From Fibrobacterales bacterium (lineage in GTDB: Bacteria; Fibrobacterota; Fibrobacteria; Fibrobacterales; JAOPTW01), in assembly GCA_051532055.1 (NCBI GenBank), contig JAOPTX010000001.1, positions 19,638 through 83,637 of the forward strand: a DNA stretch of 64,000 bases. The letters run 5' to 3'. Every line of letters begins with the position of its first letter. The stretch's first letter is position 1. This document shows, in pieces, positions 1-10,188 of the stretch. Position numbers and translations under genes: made by a program. Under the pieces are notes generated by a model that made no database searches, was not told the DNA's origin, and saw only the letters and a list, made by a program, of their open reading frames with translations.

Positions 1-45
1 ATACCCGCTCTTTTGTTATATCACTGTGTGACAAAATTATAGTGA

Positions 46-573
46 TTAATTCTCTTTCAAATTAATGCGTAATGATTTACGCACCTCTTGAAAATAGTCT
101 AGATATTCCTTAGAACGATAATCATAGTAGGTCCAGTCAAAGTGATGCCATTCACCATTTTGAAAGTAGAGGGTTGGCTCAATGAATATTCCATCACGTA
201 TATATGCTCTATGACGCTGGTCTTTTGTTGTTGGTAAAAAATATTGTCCAAGGGTCATGTAGCCAGGATCAAGATTTACATGACGAGTAGAATCATTAAA
301 GAGTGACAATTCGAGATTATTCGTAAACCTTTTAATATCTACAATACTTTCCCGTTCAATTAGTTTCGAAAATGAGATGAAAGCACGTACAGGGTTTTCT
401 CCAATTTCTTCTTCGTAATAGTTGGTCCAACTAAAAGGGAATGCTTTAAGAGATACATCGAGAGGCCCATATTGGGTTATTAAATGAGGAATGGCATTTT
501 TTATGTGTTCTTCACTTCGAGCAAGTATTCCAATAATCAGTTTGACAGGTTTTGGTTTTCTGTATTGCCCCAT
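46..573 (-). CDS. DUF4416 family protein
   Basis: 175 aa ORF; N-terminal PKPVKLIIGIL, central TNYYEEEIG, NLDPGY, TTKD-HRAYIRDGI and WTYYDY motifs match my recollection of DUF4416. Confidence 0.8.
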   Translation of the reverse strand: MGQYRKPKPVKLIIGILARSEEHIKNAIPHLITQYGPLDVSLKAFPFSWTNYYEEEIGENPVRAFISFSKLIERESIVDIKRFTNNLELSLFNDSTRHVNLDPGYMTLGQYFLPTTKDQRHRAYIRDGIFIEPTLYFQNGEWHHFDWTYYDYRSKEYLDYFQEVRKSLRINLKEN

Positions 574-650
574 GATTGATCCGATTCGTTTGGTTGTTTG
601 TAATTGTTCGTAACTTTTCTATTATAGTAATATCAATAGAATGAGGTACC

Positions 651-1412
651 ATGGCTGTTTCATTGTCAAACTTAGAAAAATATTTAAATGAATTGCTCAC
701 ACCAGAGCGCTTTAAGGATTATTGCCCTAACGGGTTGATTGTGGAAGGGGCGCCAAAGGTATCACGTGGAGTAACCGGTGTTTCATTGACTATTGAATTA
801 ATAGAAATGGCAGTATCACGCAAATCTGACTTTATTTTTGTGCATCACCCTCATGGATTTTGGGATAAGCAACTTCGAACGGTGAAAGGAACTACTCGAA
901 AAAAACTTTCCCTACTTCTAGAGCATAATATTTCCCTTTTTGGATTTCATCTTCCATTAGATGGCCATTTGGGTGTTGGTAATAACGCACAAATCGCTAA
1001 ATACCTTGGGCTTGAAGTATATGGTACATTTATGGGAGAATATGGAACTGATATTGGGGTTTTGGGGACGCTTTCCAAAAAAATGAATGTTGAAGAGTTT
1101 CAGGATTTGGTAGCGTCTACTATTGGACCGGTAAAAGCTACTTTCCAATATGGAGCAAGAGAAATATCAACTATTGCTATTTGTAGTGGTGGAGCCCCTG
1201 ATGGCGTTAAAGAGACTGATGGTGTGGCTGACCTTTATTTGACTGGAGAGGCTCGAGAGCATACCCAGTCGCTTTGTAAAGAAGAAGGATTTAATTTTAT
1301 TGCAGCGGGGCATCACGCAACAGAGGTATATGGCCCAAAGGCTATAGCAATACTTCTTAAAAAAGATCTCGATCTCGATGTTGAGTTTATAGATATTCAT
1401 AATCCTATATAA
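651..1412 (+). CDS. Nif3-like dinuclear metal centre protein (YbgI/DUF34 family)
   Basis: DYCPNGL, VHH-HG, FHLPLDGH-GNN, LYLTGE, AAGHHATE motifs and C-terminal NPI. Confidence 0.92.
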   Translation: MAVSLSNLEKYLNELLTPERFKDYCPNGLIVEGAPKVSRGVTGVSLTIELIEMAVSRKSDFIFVHHPHGFWDKQLRTVKGTTRKKLSLLLEHNISLFGFHLPLDGHLGVGNNAQIAKYLGLEVYGTFMGEYGTDIGVLGTLSKKMNVEEFQDLVASTIGPVKATFQYGAREISTIAICSGGAPDGVKETDGVADLYLTGEAREHTQSLCKEEGFNFIAAGHHATEVYGPKAIAILLKKDLDLDVEFIDIHNPI

Positions 1413-1622
1413 CTTACTCCAGCAGCAAAATTAAATAATCAACTAATTTCCTGAAAGAAGATTGGTAACTTAATACAGTTAAGGTATTGACGACACAAAG
1501 TATGGAGAATCAAACCATTATTTGTCCGTTTCCTCTATTAAAAATCTGAATGTTTCTTACATTTTATAGTCCTAAAATCAGGCCGACATTGCTGGAATTA
1601 CTCAAATATCACGGAGTTTTTA

Positions 1623-4600
1623 ATGAATTACCGCCCTTCTCAAAAGAAGCTTTTTTCCATGAAATACATCATATCACTATCTATTGTTTTTCTTATTTTT
1701 ACAAGCCAGCTTAGTGGCCAATCGACAACTCCAGATCCGCAACAGCCAGCACCGACATCTGCTTCCAATCCACCTGTTAGTATACCGGCTTCATCCCAAG
1801 CACAACCAAGCAATGTTACTCAGGTACAAGTAGATTCAGATATTTTACCTGAATTTACGATAGTACCTACTCAAATTACCCAAGAGGGGAATGGATTTAA
1901 GAATTTTGACTTGACTCCATTCTTTGTAAATGATAAAAAATATGTAAAAAAATATCGTATTATTACTGAAGGCTCTAAAAACTTGAGAGTAGTCGTAAAT
2001 AGCAACAAAGTTGTCAAAGCTAAACCAATTAATAAAGAATGGAATGGTACTGAAAGTATTGTCTTTAAAGCGACAGATTCTAAAGGTAATGTTGGAGAAA
2101 CAACAGTAGATTTTATTGTTGAATCAGTTAATGATGCCCCTACTTTAAGAAAAATTCGTGGCCAAAAAATTCGTGAGGGAGGAACTTTTACCGCTATTGA
2201 TCTAGCAGGAATCGTTAAAGATGCTGACCATAAATCGTCTGAAATGGAGTGGAGCTCTGCAGTGAAATATAGCGGTGATAAACGGGAGGGTGAATTACTG
2301 GTTACTGTTGATGCGCATGGTAAGGCCTTTTTAGAAATACCCGACACAAATTGGTATGGAACTGCCCAAGTCGAATTCACAGTGACTGACCCAGAGGGTG
2401 CACAATCAAAAGCAGGTGCAGAGTTTGTAGTTAAATCAGTTAACGATAAACCTATTGTAAGTCAGATTCCTAGTCAAAAAGTACAAGAAGGAGAGACATT
2501 TTCTGAAGTAGTGTTACAAGACTACATTACTGATGCAGATCATCAATTTGAAAATCTCAAAATTTCAGTTAAAGGGACTAAAAAATTAAAGGCCTCTATT
2601 ACAAATGGTATTCTGAATGTTACAACTCCAAATGAAGAATTTTTTGGCCCCGCTGAGCAGTTGACAATTCAAATTGAAGACCCCGAAAAAGGGAAGGCTA
2701 TTGCAAGGATAGCATTTGAGGTGACATCAGTAAATGATGCGCCTGAATTTAAAGATCTTCCGTCCTTTACTCTGGATGAAGGTAAAAAATTACCCGTTGT
2801 CGACCTTGCAGATTATGTAAAGGATTTAGATCATTCAGTAAAACAGTTAAAATGGAGTGTTACTGGGAACAAGGCAATTCGTATTAAGGTACGAGGTAGT
2901 AAGCTGACTTTCGAAGCACCAAATGAAAATTGGAATGGAGAAGAATATATAGTTCTTAAAGCAATTGACCCAGAAGGGGCTTATGCTGAAGCTTCTGTAG
3001 CCATTACAGTAAACTCTATTAATGACCTTCCCCAAATTAAAGCAATCAAAAATCAGAAAATTAAAGAGGGACAAAAGTTTAAGACTATCAATCTTGATGA
3101 TTTTATTTCAGATGAAGACCATACTAAAGAACAAATATCATGGTCCTATGAGCTTTCGAGAGAGGGAAGAACATTTCAAGATCTTGATCTTGACATAGTG
3201 GTTGATGCTAAACGAGTAGCAACAATTATTATACCAGACACGAATTTTTATGGCGCTTCAAAGGTTGTCTTTACTGCTGAAGATTATGATGGGGCAAAAG
3301 TTTCAACAACAACAACATTTATGGTAGAATCAGTAAATGACATTCCGGTTATTAAGACTATTCCAGACCAGCGTATTGATGAAGGTTATGAATTTTTAGA
3401 AGTTCTTCTTGATGACTTTATATTTGATTCTGATCATGAAGTGGACAAAATGAAATGGTCAGTAAAGGGCGCTAAAAGCCTTAAAGTTACAGTGGACCAG
3501 AGTACAAGAACTGCATATATCAAGATTCCTAATGAAGAATTTTATTGCAAACCTGAAAAATTGACATTTACAGCTGTCGATCCAGAAGGTGCAAGGGTTT
3601 CTACAGCTGCTACTTTTGAGGTCCGCTCTATTAACGATGAACCTGAACTCGCTGAGATACCAGGTGAAGAGATACAGGAAGGAAGCGCCTTTAAAAAAAT
3701 AGATCTTAAAAAGTATCTGACAGACATTGATAATGAATTTAGAGACTTTAAATGGAGTTTAACAGGTTTCAAAAAGTTAAAAGCCTCTATTGTTGGTTCA
3801 AACTTAATCATATTAGTTCCCAGTAAAAATTGGAATGGAGAAGAGTATTTGACCGTTCGCGCTACTGACCCTGCTGGTGCATATCGTGAAACTCAAGTTG
3901 GATTTATCGTTGAGTCTATTAATGATGAACCAGTTATTAAAAAGTTTCGCAATCAAAAAATTAGAGAAGGAGAACAATTTCCATCTGTCGATCTCAATAC
4001 TCAAGCAACAGATGAAGACCATTTATCAAAAGATCTTTTCTGGACAGTCGAAGCTAAAGCGCTCACATCTTCGAATGGTGCTGAAATGATTGTTTCTGTA
4101 AGTCCAGAAAGAGTGGCAACATTTACTCTCCCTGATACAAATTGGTATGGGACAACTGAGGTTACGTATACCGTTGAGGATCCTGAAGGAGCCTCAAAAA
4201 AAGAAACAGTTGTTTATAAGGTCACTTCTGTAAATGATAAACCATCTATTACCTCCGTTAGTGGACAGACTATTGACGAGGGTGGTGCATTTTCCCCAAT
4301 TAATTTGTCTGATCTCGCTATTGATTCGGATCATCGTCAGACACAACTTAAGTGGAGTGTTAAGGGGGGACGTAAACTTAAAATGAGTATTGCTAATAAT
4401 AGAGCACTTGTTACTATCCCAAACAAAGAGTGGAGTGGGCCTACTGAGAAGTTTACCCTTACCGTTACTGATCCTGAGAAAGGGAGAGCATCAATAGTAC
4501 TCGATTATACCGTTAAAGAAATTAATGACCCGCCAGTACTACAAGCGATAACGTCTCAAACAATTAACGAGGGTGAATCCTTCGCTGGTTTTAACCTTAA

Positions 4601-7600
4601 AAACCTAATGACAGATGTTGATAATAGATTTAATGAGCTTAAAGTAGCAATAAGTGGTGCTCGTGAATTAAAGGTAACTAACAGTGGTGGCAAAATTAAA
4701 ATTGTTCCTCCAAATAAGCACTGGCATGGTTCAGAACAAATACAATTTACCATATCTGATCCTGCGGGCGCTACGGCCTCTCAAAATGCACTGTTTACCA
4801 TTACTTCGGTGAATGATTTACCTTTGTTTAAAAAAGTCAAAGCTCAGACTATTAAAGAAGGACAAGAATTTAGAAGAATTGATTTATCAAAGTTTGTAAG
4901 TGATAGTGATCATTCCTTTGACGAGCTTAAATGGTCATTGGATTTTATTCCTAAGAAAAGTTCTGGAGAAAAGAGTAATCCTACAGTTGAGATTGTTTCA
5001 GGTAAACAACTTTCAATTGTTAATCCCGATGAAAATTGGTACGGTAAAAGGGTACTTAAACTGACTGTGACCGACCCGGATGGTGGTGTAGCAACACAAA
5101 TTGTCGATTTAGAAGTGACGTTTGTTAATGACCTGCCCCAAATGGTAGCAATTGCTCCAGAGGCAGTTAAAGAAGGTGAAAGCTTTAAATCATATGACCT
5201 TAATGCATTGATTACGGATTCTGATCATAGTGATAGCCAAATTACATGGAGTTTTAGTGGAAATAAAGAGCTTACAGTCGTAGTTGATAAGAAAAATATT
5301 GCTCGGATACAAATCCCCAACAAAAATTGGAATGGGAAAGAGTCCATTACTTTTACTGCAGAAGACCCAGCCAAAGGCAAGGCAAAGCAACGGGTAGCCT
5401 TTGAAGTTCTTTCCATAAATGATTTTCCAACTATTAAAAAAATTGTTGGGCAAACAATAAAAGAGGGTGCTTCATTTAAAGATGTCTCACTTTCCGAGTA
5501 TGTGTCTGATGCTGACCATAAAGTAACTCAATTAAAATGGAGTATGACTGGTAATAGAAAACTTAAAGTTAGGCTGGCAGGTAAAAAACTTAAAGTGTCT
5601 TCACCTTCAAAAAACTGGAATGGTGCTGAGACCCTTACCCTGACTGTTGTTGACCCTGAAGGGGCAAAAGCCACTATAAATGTACCCTATGTTGTTATGT
5701 CAATTAATGATCAACCCGTGGTTAAAAATATACGTGGTCAAAAAATTAGAGAAGGAGAAGCCTTCAAAACAATTACTTTAGATGAATATGTTTCTGATGC
5801 CGATCATAACGATTCAAAAATCTCTTGGAAAAGTCAGATAATTTCTAAGTCTAAAAAGCATGGAATTAAAGTTGTAGTAGATCAAAGGAGAGTTGCTTCA
5901 ATTGTTTTACCACACGAAGATTGGTATGGTGATTTTTCAGTAAAATATACCGCTGTGGACCCAGAAAAAGCATCTGCAACAATTACAACATCTTACTCTG
6001 TAACATCGGTAAATGATAAGCCTGTAATAGCACGTATTCCAGGTCAGACCATTAAAGAGGGTGCTAAGTTTTCTCTTGTAGAATATAACCAATTTGTATC
6101 CGATGCTGATCACTCTATAAAATCATTGGCGTGGGTGATTAAAGGCAATAAAAAGCTTAAAGTAATACACAATACAAAAAAGAGCAGGTTTCTTGTTCAA
6201 AGCCCTACTAGTAATTGGTTTGGTAAAGAGGTATTAAGTATTTCTGTAAGAGATAAGGATGGGGGAAGCTCAACAGTCAAAGTTCCATTCGAAGTTGTAC
6301 CAGTTAATGATGCTCCTGTGTTTAATAAGCTCTCTTCTCAATCAATAAAAGAGGGTGGTACTTTTAGGAAAATAGATCTCAATAGCCTTGTAGATGATGT
6401 TGATCATAAGGATAGTGAATTAAAGTGGAATATTACAGGGAATAGAGAACTAACTTTAAAGTCTCTTGGAACTAAAATTCTTGTTAAGGCTCCAAATAAA
6501 GATTGGTTTGGCAAAGAGACTCTAGTATTTACCGTTACTGATCCTGAAGGTTCTCAAGTTTCGCGTAAGGCGACATTCAGCGTTGCTTCTATTAATGATA
6601 TACCTCAGTTAAAGAAGCTTAAAAATGAAAAGATTAAAGAAGGAGAGCAATTCACTAGAATCAATCTTGATAATTATGTGACCGATGGTGACCATAAGAA
6701 AGATGAATTACAATGGAGTTATACTGTAACTAAAATTGAGAAAAATAAAAAGAAGAAAAAGAGAAAGAAAAAAAGGAAAAAAGATACGAGTAATGACTTA
6801 CAAGTATCAATTGATGCGAACAGAGTAGCTACTCTAAAGGCCCCCCATGAGCATTGGTTTGGTAATTTTACTGTGACTTTTGCTGTTCGAGATCCTGAAA
6901 AGGCACGTGCGGTGATGAGTGCTAATTATACTATAGTTTCAGTAAATGACCTACCTGTTCTTACTAAGATTAAAGACCAGGCAGTACAAGAGGGTAGTTC
7001 CTTTAAGTCAATCAAACTTAATGATTTTGTGTCAGATGCTGACCATTCTAAGAAATCTTTGAAATGGTCAATCAAAGGAAATAAGAAGCTTAAGATTGTT
7101 CACAACAAGAAAAAGAATTCACTGTTAGTGAAAGCTCCGAATAAAAATTGGTTTGGTTCAGAAACTATTCAAATTCAAGTTCAAGATAAAGATGGGGGGA
7201 AGGCTAAAACATCAGTAGTATTTGGTGCTACTCCTGTTAATGATAAACCGGTGATTTCAAAAATTTCATCACAGAAAGTTAAAGAGGGACAGTCATTTAA
7301 AAAGATTGATCTCAATGCTTTAGTTAAGGATGTTGATCATAAAGATCATGAGCTTAAATGGAATGTAACGGGTAATAAAGAATTACAGCTTAAATCGTCT
7401 GGTTCAAAAATTCATGTGGTAGCACCAGATAAAAATTGGTCAGGGAAAGAGACATTAACATTTTCCGTTAGTGACCCTGAAGGAGCTTCGGTACATAAAA
7501 CAGCAACCTTTTCAGTTATTGCAGTAAATGACCCACCTGTTATTTCTCGTTTAAAAGGTCAAAGAATTAAAGAAGGTGGGCAGTTTGAAAAAATAGACTT

Positions 7601-8732
7601 GCAAAAGTATGTGTCGGATCCTGATGACGGCTTTTATTCATTAAAATTTTCAACACCCCGTTCAAAGAAGCAGAAAAATAATGAACTGACTCTATCGATA
7701 AATAAACAAGGCCTTGTCAATATTGAAGTACCTGATGAACATTGGTATGGTAAAGAAAGTCACACTATTGTGGTACAAGATAAGAAAAAATCAAAAGCCA
7801 GAATTACCCTCAATTTTGAAGTTAAATCTGTAAATGATGCACCAGAAGTGTTTGGTATACAGGATCAAGTTATAAATGAAGGCTCTATTTTTAAGTCGAT
7901 TGTACTATCTAATCATGTTGAAGATATTGACCATGAGAAATCAGCTATTAAGTGGAGTATCACAGGAAATAGAAAATTAAAAGTCTCTCAGAAAAAGGGG
8001 AAGGTATATATCACTCCTCCGTCTAAAACGTGGTATGGACCATTGGAAGAGATTACTTTTACCGCTCGTGACCCGAAGGGCGCAAAAAGTTCTAAGAAGG
8101 TAGTATTTACGGTAAATAGAATAAATAAACCTCCTGTAATTTCAAAAATTAAATCTCAAAAAATAAATGAGGGTGGTACGTTCAAGTCGGTCAATCTAGA
8201 TAAATTTGTAAAGGATCGCGATGATAAAGACAACCGTCTCTTTTGGTTCTTAGAAGGAAGTAATCAGCTTGTTGCAGCTATTGACTATAACCGAGTATTA
8301 ACGGTTAAGATCCCCCATGAAGACTGGAATGGCAAAGAGGTTCTTACATTAACTTGTCAAGACTCAGAAGGTGCCAAATCGTCTATTAAAGTAGCATATG
8401 TGGTAAAATCAGTAAATGATGCTCCACGGGCTCTCAGTGATACCTACAGTACTGATGAAGGCAAACGGCTAAAGGTTAAAAAAGCGAATGGAGTATTGGT
8501 AAATGACACAGACCCTGATGGACCAAAACCGCGGATTGCTAAGCTGGTCAAGAAACCAAGTAATGGTAAGGTCAAATTTAAGAAAGACGGATCTTTTACT
8601 TATAGGCCTAAAAAAGGTTTTAGTGGTGATGATACCTTTCAATATAAAGCAAAAGATAGAAAGGGTAAGTGGTCGAAACCGGTGGATGTTGATATTACCG
8701 TATTTTTCAAATTACAAGATATTCGAAAGTAG
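1623..8732 (+). CDS. Giant secreted cadherin-like/Ig-like (tandem-95-type) repeat surface protein
   Basis: Hydrophobic signal-like segment, Pro/Gln/Ser linker, 22 [VI]N[DK]xP linker motifs separating ~95-110 aa domains with D-x-DH, W..G and DPEG motifs; final domain of the ND-D-DG...GSFTY-P..GF-G-D-F-Y type. Alternative start at 1659. Confidence 0.88.
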   Translation: MNYRPSQKKLFSMKYIISLSIVFLIFTSQLSGQSTTPDPQQPAPTSASNPPVSIPASSQAQPSNVTQVQVDSDILPEFTIVPTQITQEGNGFKNFDLTPFFVNDKKYVKKYRIITEGSKNLRVVVNSNKVVKAKPINKEWNGTESIVFKATDSKGNVGETTVDFIVESVNDAPTLRKIRGQKIREGGTFTAIDLAGIVKDADHKSSEMEWSSAVKYSGDKREGELLVTVDAHGKAFLEIPDTNWYGTAQVEFTVTDPEGAQSKAGAEFVVKSVNDKPIVSQIPSQKVQEGETFSEVVLQDYITDADHQFENLKISVKGTKKLKASITNGILNVTTPNEEFFGPAEQLTIQIEDPEKGKAIARIAFEVTSVNDAPEFKDLPSFTLDEGKKLPVVDLADYVKDLDHSVKQLKWSVTGNKAIRIKVRGSKLTFEAPNENWNGEEYIVLKAIDPEGAYAEASVAITVNSINDLPQIKAIKNQKIKEGQKFKTINLDDFISDEDHTKEQISWSYELSREGRTFQDLDLDIVVDAKRVATIIIPDTNFYGASKVVFTAEDYDGAKVSTTTTFMVESVNDIPVIKTIPDQRIDEGYEFLEVLLDDFIFDSDHEVDKMKWSVKGAKSLKVTVDQSTRTAYIKIPNEEFYCKPEKLTFTAVDPEGARVSTAATFEVRSINDEPELAEIPGEEIQEGSAFKKIDLKKYLTDIDNEFRDFKWSLTGFKKLKASIVGSNLIILVPSKNWNGEEYLTVRATDPAGAYRETQVGFIVESINDEPVIKKFRNQKIREGEQFPSVDLNTQATDEDHLSKDLFWTVEAKALTSSNGAEMIVSVSPERVATFTLPDTNWYGTTEVTYTVEDPEGASKKETVVYKVTSVNDKPSITSVSGQTIDEGGAFSPINLSDLAIDSDHRQTQLKWSVKGGRKLKMSIANNRALVTIPNKEWSGPTEKFTLTVTDPEKGRASIVLDYTVKEINDPPVLQAITSQTINEGESFAGFNLKNLMTDVDNRFNELKVAISGARELKVTNSGGKIKIVPPNKHWHGSEQIQFTISDPAGATASQNALFTITSVNDLPLFKKVKAQTIKEGQEFRRIDLSKFVSDSDHSFDELKWSLDFIPKKSSGEKSNPTVEIVSGKQLSIVNPDENWYGKRVLKLTVTDPDGGVATQIVDLEVTFVNDLPQMVAIAPEAVKEGESFKSYDLNALITDSDHSDSQITWSFSGNKELTVVVDKKNIARIQIPNKNWNGKESITFTAEDPAKGKAKQRVAFEVLSINDFPTIKKIVGQTIKEGASFKDVSLSEYVSDADHKVTQLKWSMTGNRKLKVRLAGKKLKVSSPSKNWNGAETLTLTVVDPEGAKATINVPYVVMSINDQPVVKNIRGQKIREGEAFKTITLDEYVSDADHNDSKISWKSQIISKSKKHGIKVVVDQRRVASIVLPHEDWYGDFSVKYTAVDPEKASATITTSYSVTSVNDKPVIARIPGQTIKEGAKFSLVEYNQFVSDADHSIKSLAWVIKGNKKLKVIHNTKKSRFLVQSPTSNWFGKEVLSISVRDKDGGSSTVKVPFEVVPVNDAPVFNKLSSQSIKEGGTFRKIDLNSLVDDVDHKDSELKWNITGNRELTLKSLGTKILVKAPNKDWFGKETLVFTVTDPEGSQVSRKATFSVASINDIPQLKKLKNEKIKEGEQFTRINLDNYVTDGDHKKDELQWSYTVTKIEKNKKKKKRKKKRKKDTSNDLQVSIDANRVATLKAPHEHWFGNFTVTFAVRDPEKARAVMSANYTIVSVNDLPVLTKIKDQAVQEGSSFKSIKLNDFVSDADHSKKSLKWSIKGNKKLKIVHNKKKNSLLVKAPNKNWFGSETIQIQVQDKDGGKAKTSVVFGATPVNDKPVISKISSQKVKEGQSFKKIDLNALVKDVDHKDHELKWNVTGNKELQLKSSGSKIHVVAPDKNWSGKETLTFSVSDPEGASVHKTATFSVIAVNDPPVISRLKGQRIKEGGQFEKIDLQKYVSDPDDGFYSLKFSTPRSKKQKNNELTLSINKQGLVNIEVPDEHWYGKESHTIVVQDKKKSKARITLNFEVKSVNDAPEVFGIQDQVINEGSIFKSIVLSNHVEDIDHEKSAIKWSITGNRKLKVSQKKGKVYITPPSKTWYGPLEEITFTARDPKGAKSSKKVVFTVNRINKPPVISKIKSQKINEGGTFKSVNLDKFVKDRDDKDNRLFWFLEGSNQLVAAIDYNRVLTVKIPHEDWNGKEVLTLTCQDSEGAKSSIKVAYVVKSVNDAPRALSDTYSTDEGKRLKVKKANGVLVNDTDPDGPKPRIAKLVKKPSNGKVKFKKDGSFTYRPKKGFSGDDTFQYKAKDRKGKWSKPVDVDITVFFKLQDIRK

Positions 8733-8750
8733 CGAAGAAGTTATATACAT

Positions 8751-8786
8751 AAAAAAGGGTGTCTTTTATGAAGACACCCTTTTTTT
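8751..8786. terminator. Bidirectional intrinsic terminator
   Basis: AAAAAAGGGTGTCTT-loop-AAGACACCCTTTTTT between convergent genes ending at 8732 and 8852. Confidence 0.85.
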
Positions 8787-8851
8787 ATACTCTGATAAAT
8801 GCACTCATGGCCAAAGCCTATTAAGTGGTTTTTATTACAAATTTTTAAATG

Positions 8852-10180
8852 TTATTTGACTGCTACAAGTGGCATAAAGAGCGCTACATCGCTATTTCTA
8901 ATACCATTTACTGAGTTAACTCTCATATTGTGCAGGTCATTCCACTCTTCTGAAGCGAGGAGCTTCTGAGTCGATTGAGAACGATTGTTTTGAATAATTA
9001 TGTCTTGATCTTTGAGCTTAAGAAGTTGATCCTCAATTGCCCAACCATACTCACAGTTTTCAATAACTCCTTGTAAAAAGCCAAGAGTTGCGGGTTTCCA
9101 ACACATGATATCTGAACCAGATATAGATCGAGTGCTACATGCAAGAAACCCTGCAAATAAAAAGGAACTCTCTGCGCCTTCTGATGCATGTATTTGAGCA
9201 AGAACTTCAAGAAGAGCTGAATCTTTTGGTTGTACAAAAAGAGGTGTGTTATGTTTGTGCGAAAGTAAACTTGCTCTGTCGATAAGCTCAGTAAAGCTTG
9301 CATCAACTTCATCAAGGATAGTAATGGATGATAATGACTCAGAATAGTCTTTTAATAGTTCTTCAAGTGCTTCAAAATGATTCTCTATAGTAAGCTCTGA
9401 TATCAGTATAATATGTTGCTTATTGCGTGCACGAGTCTTCTTAATAAGTTTATTAAGTGTAGTACACCAACCAGCGACTTCAAGAAGTTGGTCATTTTTA
9501 AAAAGTGCTTGGGTACTCTGTTCGATAAATGATTCGAGTTGTTTGATTACCTCTTTTGCCCCTTCATTGAGGAGCTTGTACCCTGGTTCAGAACCAGCCA
9601 CTGAGTCAACAAAGTTTTGAGCAGGACTATTACCAGCAGAGGCTGTATTTACTTGACCGAGTATGGCGTTAATTGTGTCGTCATTCGATGTAGTAGTTTG
9701 AGTCGCAATATCAGGTATAGACGGCTGAACAACATCAAACATTGCATTGATAATATCTTCTTTTGTAGAACCTTGTAATTGGATAGCCGTGAGGTCTTTA
9801 TTAAAAGTCTCAAAATCAATTGTTCTATTCTGTGCATCTTTGCAAATTGCAAGCGCTGCTCTCGTTTGATTGAGTAATGGAATATCAAGTTTTAAAGGTT
9901 GGGTTGTTGCTATTTCTCTTCCAGTAATAACAACGGATCCAAAAAGGTCACCACTATATAGAGGAGTCTCGACATTACAAGAAATAGGAATTGTTGCTGA
10001 GAGGCACCCTTCTATTGAAGCCAATGTTTCGTTATTGACTACGATAGGTGAAAAGGATGAGAACGATCGAGGTAACACAATGGCATGGTGCGCCTCAGAA
10101 AGATTAGTATTTATTTTTTTCGCGGATGTCGACGGGTTTGTTGAAACACCTGTCGAGACAAAGGTCTCTTCAATTTTCAT
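8852..10180 (-). CDS. Degenerate T6SS sheath-like protein (putative TssB-like + TssC N-terminal-like fusion)
   Basis: Manual alignment to this window's TssC gives collinear matches (EQSTQALFKNDQLLEVAGWCTTLNKLIKKT vs SSQLDEIFHNEAFQKLESSWRGLKFLVDRT; HNTPLF vs AHCPFI; YGWAI vs NGWCV; RNSDVALF vs KNSDYACF); weaker TssB-like N-terminus. Confidence 0.55.
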   Translation of the reverse strand: MKIEETFVSTGVSTNPSTSAKKINTNLSEAHHAIVLPRSFSSFSPIVVNNETLASIEGCLSATIPISCNVETPLYSGDLFGSVVITGREIATTQPLKLDIPLLNQTRAALAICKDAQNRTIDFETFNKDLTAIQLQGSTKEDIINAMFDVVQPSIPDIATQTTTSNDDTINAILGQVNTASAGNSPAQNFVDSVAGSEPGYKLLNEGAKEVIKQLESFIEQSTQALFKNDQLLEVAGWCTTLNKLIKKTRARNKQHIILISELTIENHFEALEELLKDYSESLSSITILDEVDASFTELIDRASLLSHKHNTPLFVQPKDSALLEVLAQIHASEGAESSFLFAGFLACSTRSISGSDIMCWKPATLGFLQGVIENCEYGWAIEDQLLKLKDQDIIIQNNRSQSTQKLLASEEWNDLHNMRVNSVNGIRNSDVALFMPLVAVK

Positions 10181-10188
10181 AGAAAAAC

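Noticed and set aside
1871..2380. 169 aa minus-strand ORF, plus similar antisense ORFs (15593..16051, 53404..53868, 12092..12529)
   Set aside because: Lie antisense to well-supported genes and have no recognisable motifs
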